DNA of 55,547 bases. Source: a virus. Its lineage: Duplodnaviria > Caudoviricetes. The stretch covers positions 1 to 55,547 of the IMG/VR virus record IMGVR_UViG_3300037961_002849; one strand, given 5' to 3'. Both the position numbers and the translations under genes were made by a program. Below are positions 1 through 8,503 of the stretch, in pieces. Positions within the stretch are counted from its first letter, which is position 1. Each line of letters opens with the position of its first letter. The notes under the pieces were generated by a model. That model did not search any database. It was given only the letters and a program-made list of their open reading frames with translations, and was not told the origin of the DNA.

Positions 1-231
1 GACCAGATGGGGCTGTCTAGAAAAAAACTTGGCCCCCGGGTGGTATATCCTTTAGTAAAGAGGGAATATATATACAAGCACTTTGATAAGCTGTCACCAA
101 AGACGGAGCTCGATCAGATGTTCCATGAAAATAAATACAATTACCGGGTGAGGTATGCTTTGTCCCAGAGGGGACGTTTGAACGTACAAAGATTCTACCG
201 CAAGCTAGAGGCTCCGGATAGTATCATCTAA
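1..231 (+). CDS. 5'-truncated hypothetical protein, possibly winged-helix (MarR-like) DNA-binding
   Basis: Frame is open from position 1. C-terminal RVRYALSQRGRLNV resembles a wHTH wing/last helix. Confidence 0.45.
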   Translation, partial: DQMGLSRKKLGPRVVYPLVKREYIYKHFDKLSPKTELDQMFHENKYNYRVRYALSQRGRLNVQRFYRKLEAPDSII

Positions 232-466
232 ATCTTTTTACAATCTTTTGGATATCGGCAGAGTACCTAGCGAATTGCTTCCCCTTCTTGGTGGCTTTTC
301 TTTTCTGCCTCATAGCCTTAGCATAGAGCCCCGCCTTTTTTAGTGCGGCTACTGCCGCTGCAGGGAAATACGGCTCCCCGGTTTTTGAGCTTTTCTTACC
401 GCTGGCTGTTTTCCAATTTTGCTTGGTCCAGTTCTTTAACGACTGTTGTGGTTTTTTGAGGGCCAT
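224..466 (-). CDS. Small basic protein, DUF5872-like C-terminal half
   Basis: QQSLKNWTKQNWKTASGKKSSKTGEPYFP motif, very Lys-rich. Start overlaps the upstream stop (TAATG). Confidence 0.6.
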   Translation of the reverse strand: MALKKPQQSLKNWTKQNWKTASGKKSSKTGEPYFPAAAVAALKKAGLYAKAMRQKRKATKKGKQFARYSADIQKIVKRFR

Positions 467-732
467 TAGTTCTTATACCCTCCCCCCGCGGCTTTATATC
501 GTTTGGCTAGCATTTGAGCTTTTCTGGCAGACCACTGACCAGCGCGCCCACCTTTAGTGCCACGCATGATCGCCTGGAATAACCGCTTCCTCAACCCGGG
601 TTTTGTATAGTTACCAGATTCATTGACACGCGATTTTACCTTACCCCCCTTTTTATAGGAAGCAGGTAACTTACCAGCCTTCTTCTTCTTAGCAATTGCT
701 ATTGCTGCTTGTTGTGCTCTACTCTTCGCCAT
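466..732 (-). CDS. Small basic protein, DUF5872-like N-terminal half (start revised to MAKSRAQQ)
   Basis: NYTKPGLRKRLF...GTKGGRAGQWSARKAQMLAKRYKAAGGGYK motif. TATCTTTG box lies 5 nt upstream of the ATG at 732. Confidence 0.65.
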   Translation of the reverse strand: MAKSRAQQAAIAIAKKKKAGKLPASYKKGGKVKSRVNESGNYTKPGLRKRLFQAIMRGTKGGRAGQWSARKAQMLAKRYKAAGGGYKN

Positions 733-737
733 CAAGG

Positions 738-745
738 CAAAGATA
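738..745 (-). promoter_or_regulatory. Bacteroidetes-type -7 promoter box (TATCTTTG), leaderless transcript
   Basis: Matches TAnnTTTG and sits 5 nt before an ATG. Confidence 0.7.
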
Positions 746-949
746 CTAAATAAACAAAATAATATCACCGGACTCTACTTCATCGTAGAACTCGCAGATA
801 CAGTAATCAGAATTACATTCACACATGATCTCCCCCCATTAATAATTAAACACAGCACACCCTTCTTACACTCCTAAGTTAGCATCTCGGGTTTTTAGCG
901 GTTAAAGACCGGGGTCGTCAGAACCCCGAGTCATTATCTCTCGCAAGCT

Positions 950-962
950 TAGTGCGAAGTTA
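950..962 (-). promoter_or_regulatory. TAACTTnGCACTA promoter-like motif
   Basis: Same 13-nt motif (one variable base) occurs at 6824-6836 and 34266-34278. Confidence 0.45.
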
Positions 963-1495
963 CACATTTTATTTTATAAAATCAAGCCCCTGCGGCATTT
1001 TTGTATTACCGAATAATACACGCCAGACTTAAAGCAATACTTCAACTTGGCACGGTTAAAATACCCTCAAACAATTTATCAGTAATACGGATCGTGGGGA
1101 TTATACGTAGTATGACGACGCTTGCAAACAAAACCGGAAACGGATTCTGCAACCCAGCCCCCTACATATACACTCAGAACTCGCAAAACTTTCAGCGTTT
1201 TACCTACTAACAATCTGAGGTTCAGACTACTAACTATCGATACCTATAGCGGTACATTAACTGCATCCTGCTAACATGTTCAGACTGAGGCAATTACTGA
1301 AATGTAACGCAGTCCCCTAGTTACATCTGACAATCCCCACCCCCTTTATAGTATGAATAACTCAAATCCACCCTAGGGCACAAACTACCACATTATCCCA
1401 CATGCCTTTATGGTACTGCCTTACGGGCGATATTGCACTCTAAGTATTTAATACCTTTCTTACCCCGCCTCTTGACTTGTATCCAATATTGGTTA

Positions 1496-1503
1496 TACAT
1501 TTG
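1496..1503 (+). promoter_or_regulatory. Early promoter -7 box (TACATTTG)
   Basis: TAnnTTTG with upstream TTG elements (1472-1479), ahead of the first early gene. Confidence 0.7.
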
Positions 1504-1521
1504 TGCTGTAATCAAAAACAT

Positions 1522-1764
1522 ATGAAATCAAAGAAAGTTAAAAAGGGGCTCTACCTAGTGGAGTACAAGGGTCACAAGGTCTACATTGAGGACTGCTCAT
1601 TTGCCCTCCTCGAGCGATACATACACGGCGTACTACGATGGGCTATTTGGAGCGATACGCTTAACGTGTATGGTAATGAGGGGGAGTGGGATACATCCTA
1701 CGCCACTAAGTGGGAAGCCCTAGAAAGGTTAACCGACATACTCGAGACATCGAAACCTTGGTGA
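1522..1764 (+). CDS. Early hypothetical protein (start revised to MKSKKVKK)
   Basis: ATG at 1522 is downstream of the promoter, with an A-rich leader. Confidence 0.7.
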   Translation: MKSKKVKKGLYLVEYKGHKVYIEDCSFALLERYIHGVLRWAIWSDTLNVYGNEGEWDTSYATKWEALERLTDILETSKPW

Positions 1765-1853
1765 TTTAGCACCTAGCCAAACCCTCGCCCCGCACTGAAA
1801 CAAATGCGGGGTTGAGGTGGTAGAAAACATTACTAATTAAATTATTTGTCTTT

Positions 1854-2120
1854 ATGTCTTACAACGGATACTCCTCTTACGAGGCATGGAATATCGCTCT
1901 ATGGATTGACAATACATACGAGCTTCAAAAGACCTTTAACCACATAGTTGAACTTGCGAATGATGAGAAAATCATTGGCGCAAAGGATGACATTGTCACC
2001 ATAATGATGGGGGAATGTTTCAACGAGTTCCGTGGGGAATGTAACCCCGATGGAGTCATGGTCACACGAGAGAGAATTGAGGAATACGTTAGCATGTTCC
2101 TTGAGTATGAGGGTGCTTAA
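1854..2120 (+). CDS. Early hypothetical protein (YNGYSSYEAWNIALWIDN family)
   Basis: ORF with AT-rich leader. The N-terminal motif is typical of small phage early proteins. Confidence 0.7.
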   Translation: MSYNGYSSYEAWNIALWIDNTYELQKTFNHIVELANDEKIIGAKDDIVTIMMGECFNEFRGECNPDGVMVTRERIEEYVSMFLEYEGA

Positions 2121-2123
2121 TCA

Positions 2124-2253
2124 AAAAACTATATCAGTATGGAATACAAGACTTGCGATTATTGTTGCTACGATATCGTGTATGAGGGCGGTCCTTGGCA
2201 CGGAGAAATCATGGAACACGAATGTATAACCGAAGAAAAACTATATCAGTATG
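2124..2253 (+). repeat. 18-nt perfect direct repeat AAAAACTATATCAGTATG (2124-2141, 2236-2253)
   Basis: Seen directly. Each copy ends in the ATG of a gene. Confidence 0.9.
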
Positions 2254-2276
2254 AAAAAGCTAGAATTGACTTATGA
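2139..2276 (+). CDS. 45-aa Cys/His-containing protein (MEYKTCDYCCYD...), not in ORF track
   Basis: Manual translation. Starts at the first copy of the repeated leader. Confidence 0.55.
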   Translation: MEYKTCDYCCYDIVYEGGPWHGEIMEHECITEEKLYQYEKARIDL

Positions 2277-2484
2277 AAGCATAGCCGAAGAAATCCAATG
2301 CGGCTATTTTGGAGAGGGTGACAGCGCTGAAATTAAAGATAGGCTTAACCACCTTATTGGGGCTATCGTAGAGGCTTCAAACTATCTACCCGATGATTGG
2401 GGATGTTCAACCAAATGGGCTGAAACTGAGGAAGCCCTTTTACATACTCAAAACCTATTGACCAAGATACTTTTTAAACTTTAA
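2251..2484 (+). CDS. Hypothetical protein
   Basis: ORF in the early operon, starting at the second repeat copy. Confidence 0.7.
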   Translation: MKKLELTYESIAEEIQCGYFGEGDSAEIKDRLNHLIGAIVEASNYLPDDWGCSTKWAETEEALLHTQNLLTKILFKL

Positions 2485-2500
2485 ATTAATCTAATGCCTT

Positions 2501-3601
2501 ATGTTATCATTTGATAAAGTAATCAACCTAGACAGCGCTTTTAGCGCTTACAAATCAGCAGCAATAAATCTGCGTGATGAAAACAAAGAACTGCTCGAAA
2601 AAAGCCTAACAATATCCGCAGGGGATTTTGTGAAGGAGTTAAAAGCGACCAACGAACGATTCACCATTGAAGCGCTCGATGGGCCCGATAGATTTAACCG
2701 AAGAAATAAATACTACTATACGGACGGAAATAGAACTCTATACTTCTACCACGAAGGCGAAGACGGGAAATTTGTTCGTGTCAATATGTTGCGTGCCACC
2801 ATCGAACTAGGGTTAGGTAAATTGACTACCGAGCTTCGGTTTGTTCAGTCCAAATCTTACGAAGAGTTTGCTGAGTTTACAGCCGATGGACTTCCCCGAG
2901 GTGAGCGTAATTATAAGCAAGGCACACGCAAAGTAACGCCAATCATTGAGTCTCAGATTCACCTTGCTACTAAAATGGACGTGAAGGACGGAGAATACGA
3001 AAGCCTCCAATCGCTCAGCGATAATATGGGTATGTTGATGAATCAACTCAATAGAGCGGTTGATGGGCTAAATGAGAAAGACCTCACGCTTCAATTACAC
3101 AAGAACTTCACTGAGTACAATCAAAAGCAAGAGGAGTACCAAAATCAGTACTTTGGGTTGACAAGACTAGCCGAAGAACGACATGATAAGTTAATGAAGA
3201 ATATGCGCGCAGAACGTGACCTACTCATCTCGGAACTCAAGTCTAAGTATGCAGAAGGGTGGAGCAGTAAAGACGCTGAGGAGTTTTTTAACGATACCTT
3301 GCCTTGGGATGTAACCACCAACCATAAAGGTGAATTCGTTAAAGGTGGATACCCTTTAGGGAAGGCTGTCAACTCAATGTTCAAAAACTTCCACGGGGAC
3401 GTGGTTATCACTATAGACCCGCCAAAAAGAAAGAACAGCAAGCGCTTGGACGTCACGTACGAGGTAAGCGGAGAAGACGGAGAATACACCCGTAAAAACA
3501 CCATCGACCACGAGGATTGGTATAGAAATTTGCGATGGGGTTGTGAGCATATTGTATGCGGACGCAATTTTGAAATTAATCTAGTAAATGAAATACAATG
3601 A
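2501..3601 (+). CDS. Hypothetical protein (366 aa) with central coiled coil
   Basis: Long ORF. ATGCCTTATG motif at the start. Confidence 0.8.
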   Translation: MLSFDKVINLDSAFSAYKSAAINLRDENKELLEKSLTISAGDFVKELKATNERFTIEALDGPDRFNRRNKYYYTDGNRTLYFYHEGEDGKFVRVNMLRATIELGLGKLTTELRFVQSKSYEEFAEFTADGLPRGERNYKQGTRKVTPIIESQIHLATKMDVKDGEYESLQSLSDNMGMLMNQLNRAVDGLNEKDLTLQLHKNFTEYNQKQEEYQNQYFGLTRLAEERHDKLMKNMRAERDLLISELKSKYAEGWSSKDAEEFFNDTLPWDVTTNHKGEFVKGGYPLGKAVNSMFKNFHGDVVITIDPPKRKNSKRLDVTYEVSGEDGEYTRKNTIDHEDWYRNLRWGCEHIVCGRNFEINLVNEIQ

Positions 3602-3777
3602 AAAAAGAAGAAGCAGATCGATTGAAGGCAAAAAGCCTTGAGGACACCTTGTCCTATGTGGACACCCTTAATGAATGCGAAGAGGTCTACGAGAACGAAG
3701 AGGGCGAGCAATTCATAGTGCCCTTTGAGATTGTCAGAGATTTCTCTAGAGCAGAAAAGTTAGAACCAAATAAATAG
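3598..3777 (+). CDS. 59-aa acidic hypothetical protein (MKKEEADRLK...), not in ORF track
   Basis: Manual translation. ATGA overlap with the upstream gene, and it fills the gap. Confidence 0.6.
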   Translation: MKKEEADRLKAKSLEDTLSYVDTLNECEEVYENEEGEQFIVPFEIVRDFSRAEKLEPNK

Positions 3778-3793
3778 TAAAAATAAATGCCTT

Positions 3794-3997
3794 ATGAAAA
3801 AATTCAGATGGACCGATAGAGCCGCAATCGCATTCGTGAATGTGTACAGCGGTAACTTCAACAAAACTACGCCTACAACATCTACGTACGCAAAGTACGC
3901 AGGTTTGAAGATGGAAGAAAAACTAAAAGTATTCAAGCGAGATTGGGTTGAGGCGGAGCCCTTGGTATGCCCTTGCTGTAAAAATCATGCGGTATGA
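3794..3997 (+). CDS. Hypothetical protein with C-terminal CPCC
   Basis: ORF with ATGCCTTATG motif at the start. Confidence 0.65.
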   Translation: MKKFRWTDRAAIAFVNVYSGNFNKTTPTTSTYAKYAGLKMEEKLKVFKRDWVEAEPLVCPCCKNHAV

Positions 3998-4242
3998 CTA
4001 GAGAGCATTTTTCAGCCTACATCCTAAAGAAAAAGGGGGATTGCTACTTGACGGAAGACGATAGATGGAAGTCATTCTGCAATACCACTAGACACTTCAC
4101 AAGTCTTGAACTCGTGAAGGAAATCAAACGGAAATCCCGGGCCAAGATAAATGTCGTAGCGGTCTACGATACCTACGAAGGATTTAACTCTATCACGAAA
4201 TACGAGAGGGTAGAGCGGGTAATAGAAATAGAGGAAGATTAA
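3994..4242 (+). CDS. Hypothetical protein
   Basis: ATGA overlap, early operon. Confidence 0.65.
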   Translation: MTREHFSAYILKKKGDCYLTEDDRWKSFCNTTRHFTSLELVKEIKRKSRAKINVVAVYDTYEGFNSITKYERVERVIEIEED

Positions 4243-4247
4243 ATAAC

Positions 4248-4267
4248 GAGGGGGCGAAGACCCCCTC
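4248..4267. terminator. GC-rich hairpin GAGGGGG-CGAAGA-CCCCCTC
   Basis: 7-bp intergenic stem with no U-tract on the + strand, so it may be a processing or stability stem. Confidence 0.4.
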
Positions 4268-4270
4268 ATA

Positions 4271-4484
4271 AAAACCATTTTAAACATGGATAACACAATA
4301 GAAGAACTAAAAGATAAGATAATCTTTGTCTACGATATAGACCTAGATAATTGCACGCTAAGCCACGAAGATTGGGCGGGAATATTGTCTGAAGCTTTAG
4401 TCAATCCTAGTGAGTTTGTTGAAGACCTCAACAACGATTATAATGAAATGATAGAAGAAAGACTATGACAAAACCATTTTAAAC
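4271..4484 (+). repeat. 15-nt direct repeat AAAACCATTTTAAAC (4271-4285, 4470-4484) flanking one gene
   Basis: Seen directly. Confidence 0.85.
4286..4468 (+). CDS. Acidic hypothetical protein
   Basis: ORF bounded by the direct repeats. Confidence 0.65.
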   Translation: MDNTIEELKDKIIFVYDIDLDNCTLSHEDWAGILSEALVNPSEFVEDLNNDYNEMIEERL

Positions 4485-4507
4485 TTGGAAGTTATCCAAG
4501 ATTATAT

Positions 4508-4515
4508 TAACTTTA
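4508..4515 (+). promoter_or_regulatory. Promoter -7 box variant (TAACTTTA)
   Basis: Near-consensus, TTG at 4485-4487, intergenic. Confidence 0.5.
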
Positions 4516-4536
4516 CAGCAGTAAACAACAAGCCTT

Positions 4537-4821
4537 ATGATAAAATTATTCTTATCCGACTTCGAGTACAAGGTTACCGAAGTTGATTCAAAACTAGACG
4601 AAGCCCTAAACAAAATCACCGACAAAATGTGTAGTGATTTAGAACACGGCGACGAAATCCAACTCAATGACACCTACACATTATACCGCCATTCGGATGA
4701 GGACATGTGGGATGTATTCAACACCGCGGAGTGGGAAGAAGTAGCCTCAGTGATGTGGACATCAGCTGAAGATATTGCGTTTGACATTCAAGACAAATCT
4801 TTAATGCAGATTGACCTATGA
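4537..4821 (+). CDS. Acidic hypothetical protein
   Basis: ORF with GCCTTATG at the start. Confidence 0.7.
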   Translation: MIKLFLSDFEYKVTEVDSKLDEALNKITDKMCSDLEHGDEIQLNDTYTLYRHSDEDMWDVFNTAEWEEVASVMWTSAEDIAFDIQDKSLMQIDL

Positions 4822-5000
4822 GCAAGAGAAGAAAACCAATCGTAACAACGATGTCTCGAGAAGAGATTATGGACACATGGATTTGGCTGCCGAGGCTGCA
4901 GTTCTGCGCGTCACTTGTGCTAGGAAAGAAATGGCCTAACTGCAACCAAGATGAGCAGTATGAAGTAAGAAAATATATAATTGAAAATTACGAGTTATGA
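4818..5000 (+). CDS. Hypothetical protein
   Basis: ATGA-coupled on both sides. Confidence 0.6.
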   Translation: MSKRRKPIVTTMSREEIMDTWIWLPRLQFCASLVLGKKWPNCNQDEQYEVRKYIIENYEL

Positions 5001-5257
5001 GTAAACCAAATGTAGAGGTAACGGGGATACGTTACTTTGAAACCCGAAGAGGTATAGGATACCAATGCAAAACCAATCTCGGCTTTGAGATTTGGAACGA
5101 TGGAGATGGAGGCGCCACTTACATAGACGGCGCAGGAGTGATGCCCAACCGAGAGGTGTACAGCGTATTGAAAGAGCAATTCCCAAATGCAAACCCGCAG
5201 GGGTACGATTTCGAGGAAGCGTTAGAAGGTTTAATCAATAAGTACGAGGGAGTATGA
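4997..5257 (+). CDS. Hypothetical protein (WNDGDGGAT motif)
   Basis: ATGA-coupled ORF. Confidence 0.7.
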   Translation: MSKPNVEVTGIRYFETRRGIGYQCKTNLGFEIWNDGDGGATYIDGAGVMPNREVYSVLKEQFPNANPQGYDFEEALEGLINKYEGV

Positions 5258-5394
5258 CATCGAAACAAGCCCACGAAAAAATCGACAGCGTGAAGTTCAT
5301 GCTTAGTATGAGAGATAATGTGCTAGGAGTGCATTACCTCGAAGCGGTGGAGCAATACATCGCAGAGTTAGAAGTTAAATTAAATAATAAATAG
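5254..5394 (+). CDS. 46-aa hypothetical protein (MTSKQAHEK...), not in ORF track
   Basis: Manual translation. ATGA overlap, fills the gap. Confidence 0.55.
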   Translation: MTSKQAHEKIDSVKFMLSMRDNVLGVHYLEAVEQYIAELEVKLNNK

Positions 5395-5395
5395 T

Positions 5396-6154
5396 ATGCC
5401 GAATTGGGTAAGTAATGTAATGCATGTTGTTGGAAGGCCCGACAACATAGAAAAATTCAAGCTAGCCTTGAGAGAGAAAGACGGGGGAGAGAATGTGTTT
5501 GATTTCAACCGCTTCATAAAAATGCCTAGTCAGCTAGAGAACACAGCAGCGCCATCTTTAACCGAGCAGATTGAGTTCGCAAAGAAGAGCGGCGTTGACC
5601 CAACAAAAAACATGACCGAGTTGGAAGTGGAAGCTCAGCTAGATAAAGACGCTGAGCTCAGAGAAAAATTTGGAGCTGACAATTGGTACACATGGAGACT
5701 CAAAAATTGGGGGACCAAGTGGAATTCTTGTGATGCTGAAATCGTTGAAGAGATAGTTCAAAGTAACGGGATAGTCAACCTAACCTATCACTTCAGCACA
5801 CCATGGAGCACTCCCAATGGAATCATTGATGCCCTTGCGCCCATGGCCAAGGCTATGAGACTTACAATTGACATCTACTCCGAAGAGGAGGGAATGTACT
5901 TCGATTGTGTAACTAGGATTACTCCAAATTCTTACGAGAAAAACATTGGACAACCATTCTATTACCTAGAAGGAGATGACGGGAATCTATATCAAGTTGA
6001 TGGACTCGAAGATGATGAGATTAAAGAGTTGGGTCTAGATCCCGACGATGTGACAGCAAGTCAGCGTGGATTTGTGTGCGACAACACGGGAGATTTGTTT
6101 ATTGATTTTGAACGCACCGATAAAAAAGTAATATATGCAAAAGAAAAATCTTAA
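5396..6154 (+). CDS. DUF1281/YubB (Api92-like) ferredoxin-like domain protein
   Basis: MPNWVSN, FDFN..IKMP, WYTWRLKNWGTKWN and FSTPWSTP signatures. Confidence 0.8.
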   Translation: MPNWVSNVMHVVGRPDNIEKFKLALREKDGGENVFDFNRFIKMPSQLENTAAPSLTEQIEFAKKSGVDPTKNMTELEVEAQLDKDAELREKFGADNWYTWRLKNWGTKWNSCDAEIVEEIVQSNGIVNLTYHFSTPWSTPNGIIDALAPMAKAMRLTIDIYSEEEGMYFDCVTRITPNSYEKNIGQPFYYLEGDDGNLYQVDGLEDDEIKELGLDPDDVTASQRGFVCDNTGDLFIDFERTDKKVIYAKEKS

Positions 6155-6512
6155 TGTAACGCAGAAGGTTCTTAGGTTTATCAAGAACGAAAAACCCGAG
6201 CACCTGCATCAAGTACAATCGTTTGTGAGAGCGGTTAGTAATGCGAAGAGTGACAGCAACGAAGGCTTTTACTCTAGCAATATCAAGAGGCTCCTTGACC
6301 GGGGGTTGATTAATAGAATCCACACCGGGAAGTATATTGTAACTGAGTTGGGGGAGCTCTACATTGAAGACCGAATGGCGGCTAATAGAATCATAATTCA
6401 AGAGCACCAAAAAATCAAAATCAAAGATGCTTGTGAGCTACTTGATAAGATAAAGCAGCAGCTCATTGATGGAGAGTATGAAGAAGGAGATACGATAACA
6501 ATAAAGGTTTAA
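6135..6512 (+). CDS. Putative winged-helix DNA-binding protein
   Basis: SSNIKRLLDRGLINR...KYIVTELG pattern. Confidence 0.55.
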   Translation: MQKKNLNVTQKVLRFIKNEKPEHLHQVQSFVRAVSNAKSDSNEGFYSSNIKRLLDRGLINRIHTGKYIVTELGELYIEDRMAANRIIIQEHQKIKIKDACELLDKIKQQLIDGEYEEGDTITIKV

Positions 6513-6514
6513 TC

Positions 6515-6823
6515 ATGAAGTATTATATAGTTTATAATCCCGACACCGAGCAGTTTGACCTGCGCGACAAAGAACTATGCAAGACGATATTCTCGTCTTC
6601 ATCACGAGGAAGATGCGAAGCTCGCCTCGAAGAGATTGTAAGAGAAAGTTACAAGCCCGACATGGAGAAGATGTACTACTTGATGGATAGGATGGGTGAG
6701 ACTTTACAATGTATCAAAGAGTGGGAAGGACAGCGCAAAGGTGTGCAAGATTTCGATCTCACAAGAGCACTACATTTGCACGCTCAAATGCAAATCGCTC
6801 TTGGTTTACCGCTCAAATATTAA
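6515..6823 (+). CDS. Hypothetical protein
   Basis: ORF in operon. Confidence 0.65.
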   Translation: MKYYIVYNPDTEQFDLRDKELCKTIFSSSSRGRCEARLEEIVRESYKPDMEKMYYLMDRMGETLQCIKEWEGQRKGVQDFDLTRALHLHAQMQIALGLPLKY

Positions 6824-6841
6824 TAACTTAGCACTAATTAA
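6821..6841 (+). promoter_or_regulatory. Promoter-like motif TAATAACTTAGCACTAATTAA before the recombination/replication module
   Basis: 19/21 identical to 34263-34283. Confidence 0.55.
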
Positions 6842-6851
6842 ATTCAATCTT

Positions 6852-7412
6852 ATGAGTAAATTAAACTCCGCACTCGTAGCAGTGCAGTCAGCGTTGAAGG
6901 CGCCTAAGGGTCAGTTCAACAAGTTCGGTAACTACAACTACCGTAGCGCCGAAGATATCCTAGAGGCAGTCAAGCCTCTACTCGCAAAGAATGGTTTGTC
7001 TATGACCATATCTGATGAAGTGAAAGAGCTTGCCGGAATACTATTCATTGAGGCCGTGGTTCAAGTAACTGATGGCGATTCCATAGCAGCAGTTTCAGCG
7101 CAAGCAGGTATCGACCCTAACCGAAAGGGGATGGACATAGCTCAGTGCTTTGGAGCTTCAAGTTCATACGCTAGAAAGTATGCCCTCAACGGCATGTTCT
7201 TGATAGATGATACTAAAGATGCAGACGCAACCAACACGCACGGCAAGAGAACGTCTTCACCTGCGGCAAAGGATGGCGAGTGGTTTACTAAAGCGGTAGA
7301 CTACATCAAGAAAAGCAAGGACAAAAACCAAGCGTTTGAAATGGTCCTTAGCAAGTACAAAGACAGCGCCAGCGAAAAGCAGATTGAAGCACTCAAAAAG
7401 TTTGTGCGATAA
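6852..7412 (+). CDS. erf: ERF-family ssDNA annealing protein (start revised to MSKLNS)
   Basis: LKAPKGQFNKFGNYNYRSAEDILEAVKPLL and GASSSYARKYALNGMFLIDD motifs. Confidence 0.9.
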   Translation: MSKLNSALVAVQSALKAPKGQFNKFGNYNYRSAEDILEAVKPLLAKNGLSMTISDEVKELAGILFIEAVVQVTDGDSIAAVSAQAGIDPNRKGMDIAQCFGASSSYARKYALNGMFLIDDTKDADATNTHGKRTSSPAAKDGEWFTKAVDYIKKSKDKNQAFEMVLSKYKDSASEKQIEALKKFVR

Positions 7413-8179
7413 TGGAGTTCGCCACCTTACTACAAGAAAAGGTAGGCAAAGGATACTTGTCTTACAGCAGTATAAAGCATGCTCTTAGCGACATAAGGCT
7501 ATGGGAAATGTATATGGCTGGGCAACTGAAGAGAGAGTCGCAGGCTCTAAGCTTTGGGAGCGTGTACGACACACTATTATTTGAACCCGCCGAATATACT
7601 AACCGCTTCTTTACCTTTGACGACAAAGAGATTTGTGATGAAATCGGAGGCAAGAACCCACGGGCCACAAAGAAATACAAAGAGTGGCGCGACGATCTGA
7701 TAAGCCAAGCAGAGAAAGAAGATAAGCGGATAGTTTCTGAAGATGATTACATCATGGCAATCGACATGATATCTAGGCTCGATGATTGTGGTCTGCTTGA
7801 CAGCCACCTCAGCGGGGAAGTGCAGCTAGAGTTTAACAGCTGGATTGAAGATGTTCCGGTCCGTGGGTTTTTGGACTGCAAGATTCCCAACGTAATCATT
7901 GATAGCAAGAGCACCCGTAGTATCGGAGGCTTTAAGCGTGATGTGTTTTCTTTTGGATACGACATACAAGCATACATCTACACTTCGGTATTTCCGGACA
8001 ATGAGTTTGCTTGGGTTGCACAAGAGAAAGCATACCCGTATCTTCCTGCACTAATTCATGCCAGCGAGGATACACTTCGTAGTGGAGAGTTTAAGTTTTG
8101 GAAAGCGGTTGATACTATCAAGAACCACTTTGCAATTGACCGACCCGCCACTACCTTTTATAAAGAATTCTATGTTTAA
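7412..8179 (+). CDS. PD-(D/E)XK exonuclease (RecE/ExoVIII-like, DUF3799)
   Basis: LSYSSIK, RGFLDC, IIDSKST and YDIQAYIY motifs. Adjacent to ERF. Confidence 0.85.
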   Translation: MEFATLLQEKVGKGYLSYSSIKHALSDIRLWEMYMAGQLKRESQALSFGSVYDTLLFEPAEYTNRFFTFDDKEICDEIGGKNPRATKKYKEWRDDLISQAEKEDKRIVSEDDYIMAIDMISRLDDCGLLDSHLSGEVQLEFNSWIEDVPVRGFLDCKIPNVIIDSKSTRSIGGFKRDVFSFGYDIQAYIYTSVFPDNEFAWVAQEKAYPYLPALIHASEDTLRSGEFKFWKAVDTIKNHFAIDRPATTFYKEFYV

Positions 8180-8194
8180 TTTAATATCTATATC

Positions 8195-8503
8195 ATGAAC
8201 CAAAACGAGAATGTTTTAGCAGGTTACTTCAACGAGATGAAAGTTTGGAGTGACACGGACAGCAAGTTTGTCCCATTTACCACCGGAGTTAGTGGAGAAT
8301 TTAGCTTCACCTTAGAGGAGCTTGAGGATGTGAAGAAGTTCGCAACCCATAACGCAAAGACACCACGAGTTTACTTTGAGCTCAAGATGTCTCGCAAGAC
8401 CGGGCGTCCTTACGCTATCGTAAAAGACCCGAGCACCTGGGGGAAAAAGCAAGACAATAAATCAGCACAAACTGCTGAGGCGTCTGATGATCTCCCGTTC
8501 TAA
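8195..8503 (+). CDS. Putative single-stranded DNA-binding protein
   Basis: Acidic DDLPF C-terminal tail, located next to ERF and the exonuclease. Confidence 0.65.
   Translation: MNQNENVLAGYFNEMKVWSDTDSKFVPFTTGVSGEFSFTLEELEDVKKFATHNAKTPRVYFELKMSRKTGRPYAIVKDPSTWGKKQDNKSAQTAEASDDLPF

Noticed and set aside
1001-1210. 69-aa TTG-start ORF in the divergence gap
   Set aside because: No recognisable motif or promoter and a weak start. Probably non-coding.
769-1476. Possible tRNA genes in the hairpin-rich intergenic region
   Set aside because: I found no cloverleaf or T-loop GTTCRA consensus by eye. tRNAscan-SE would settle it.
2124-4484. Short direct repeats as a possible CRISPR mini-array
   Set aside because: Each repeat has only two copies, the spacing is gene-sized, and no cas genes are present.
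6696-6851. N-terminal extension of the ERF ORF
   Set aside because: It overlaps the upstream gene. The promoter-like motif and ERF homology begin at the ATG at 6852.
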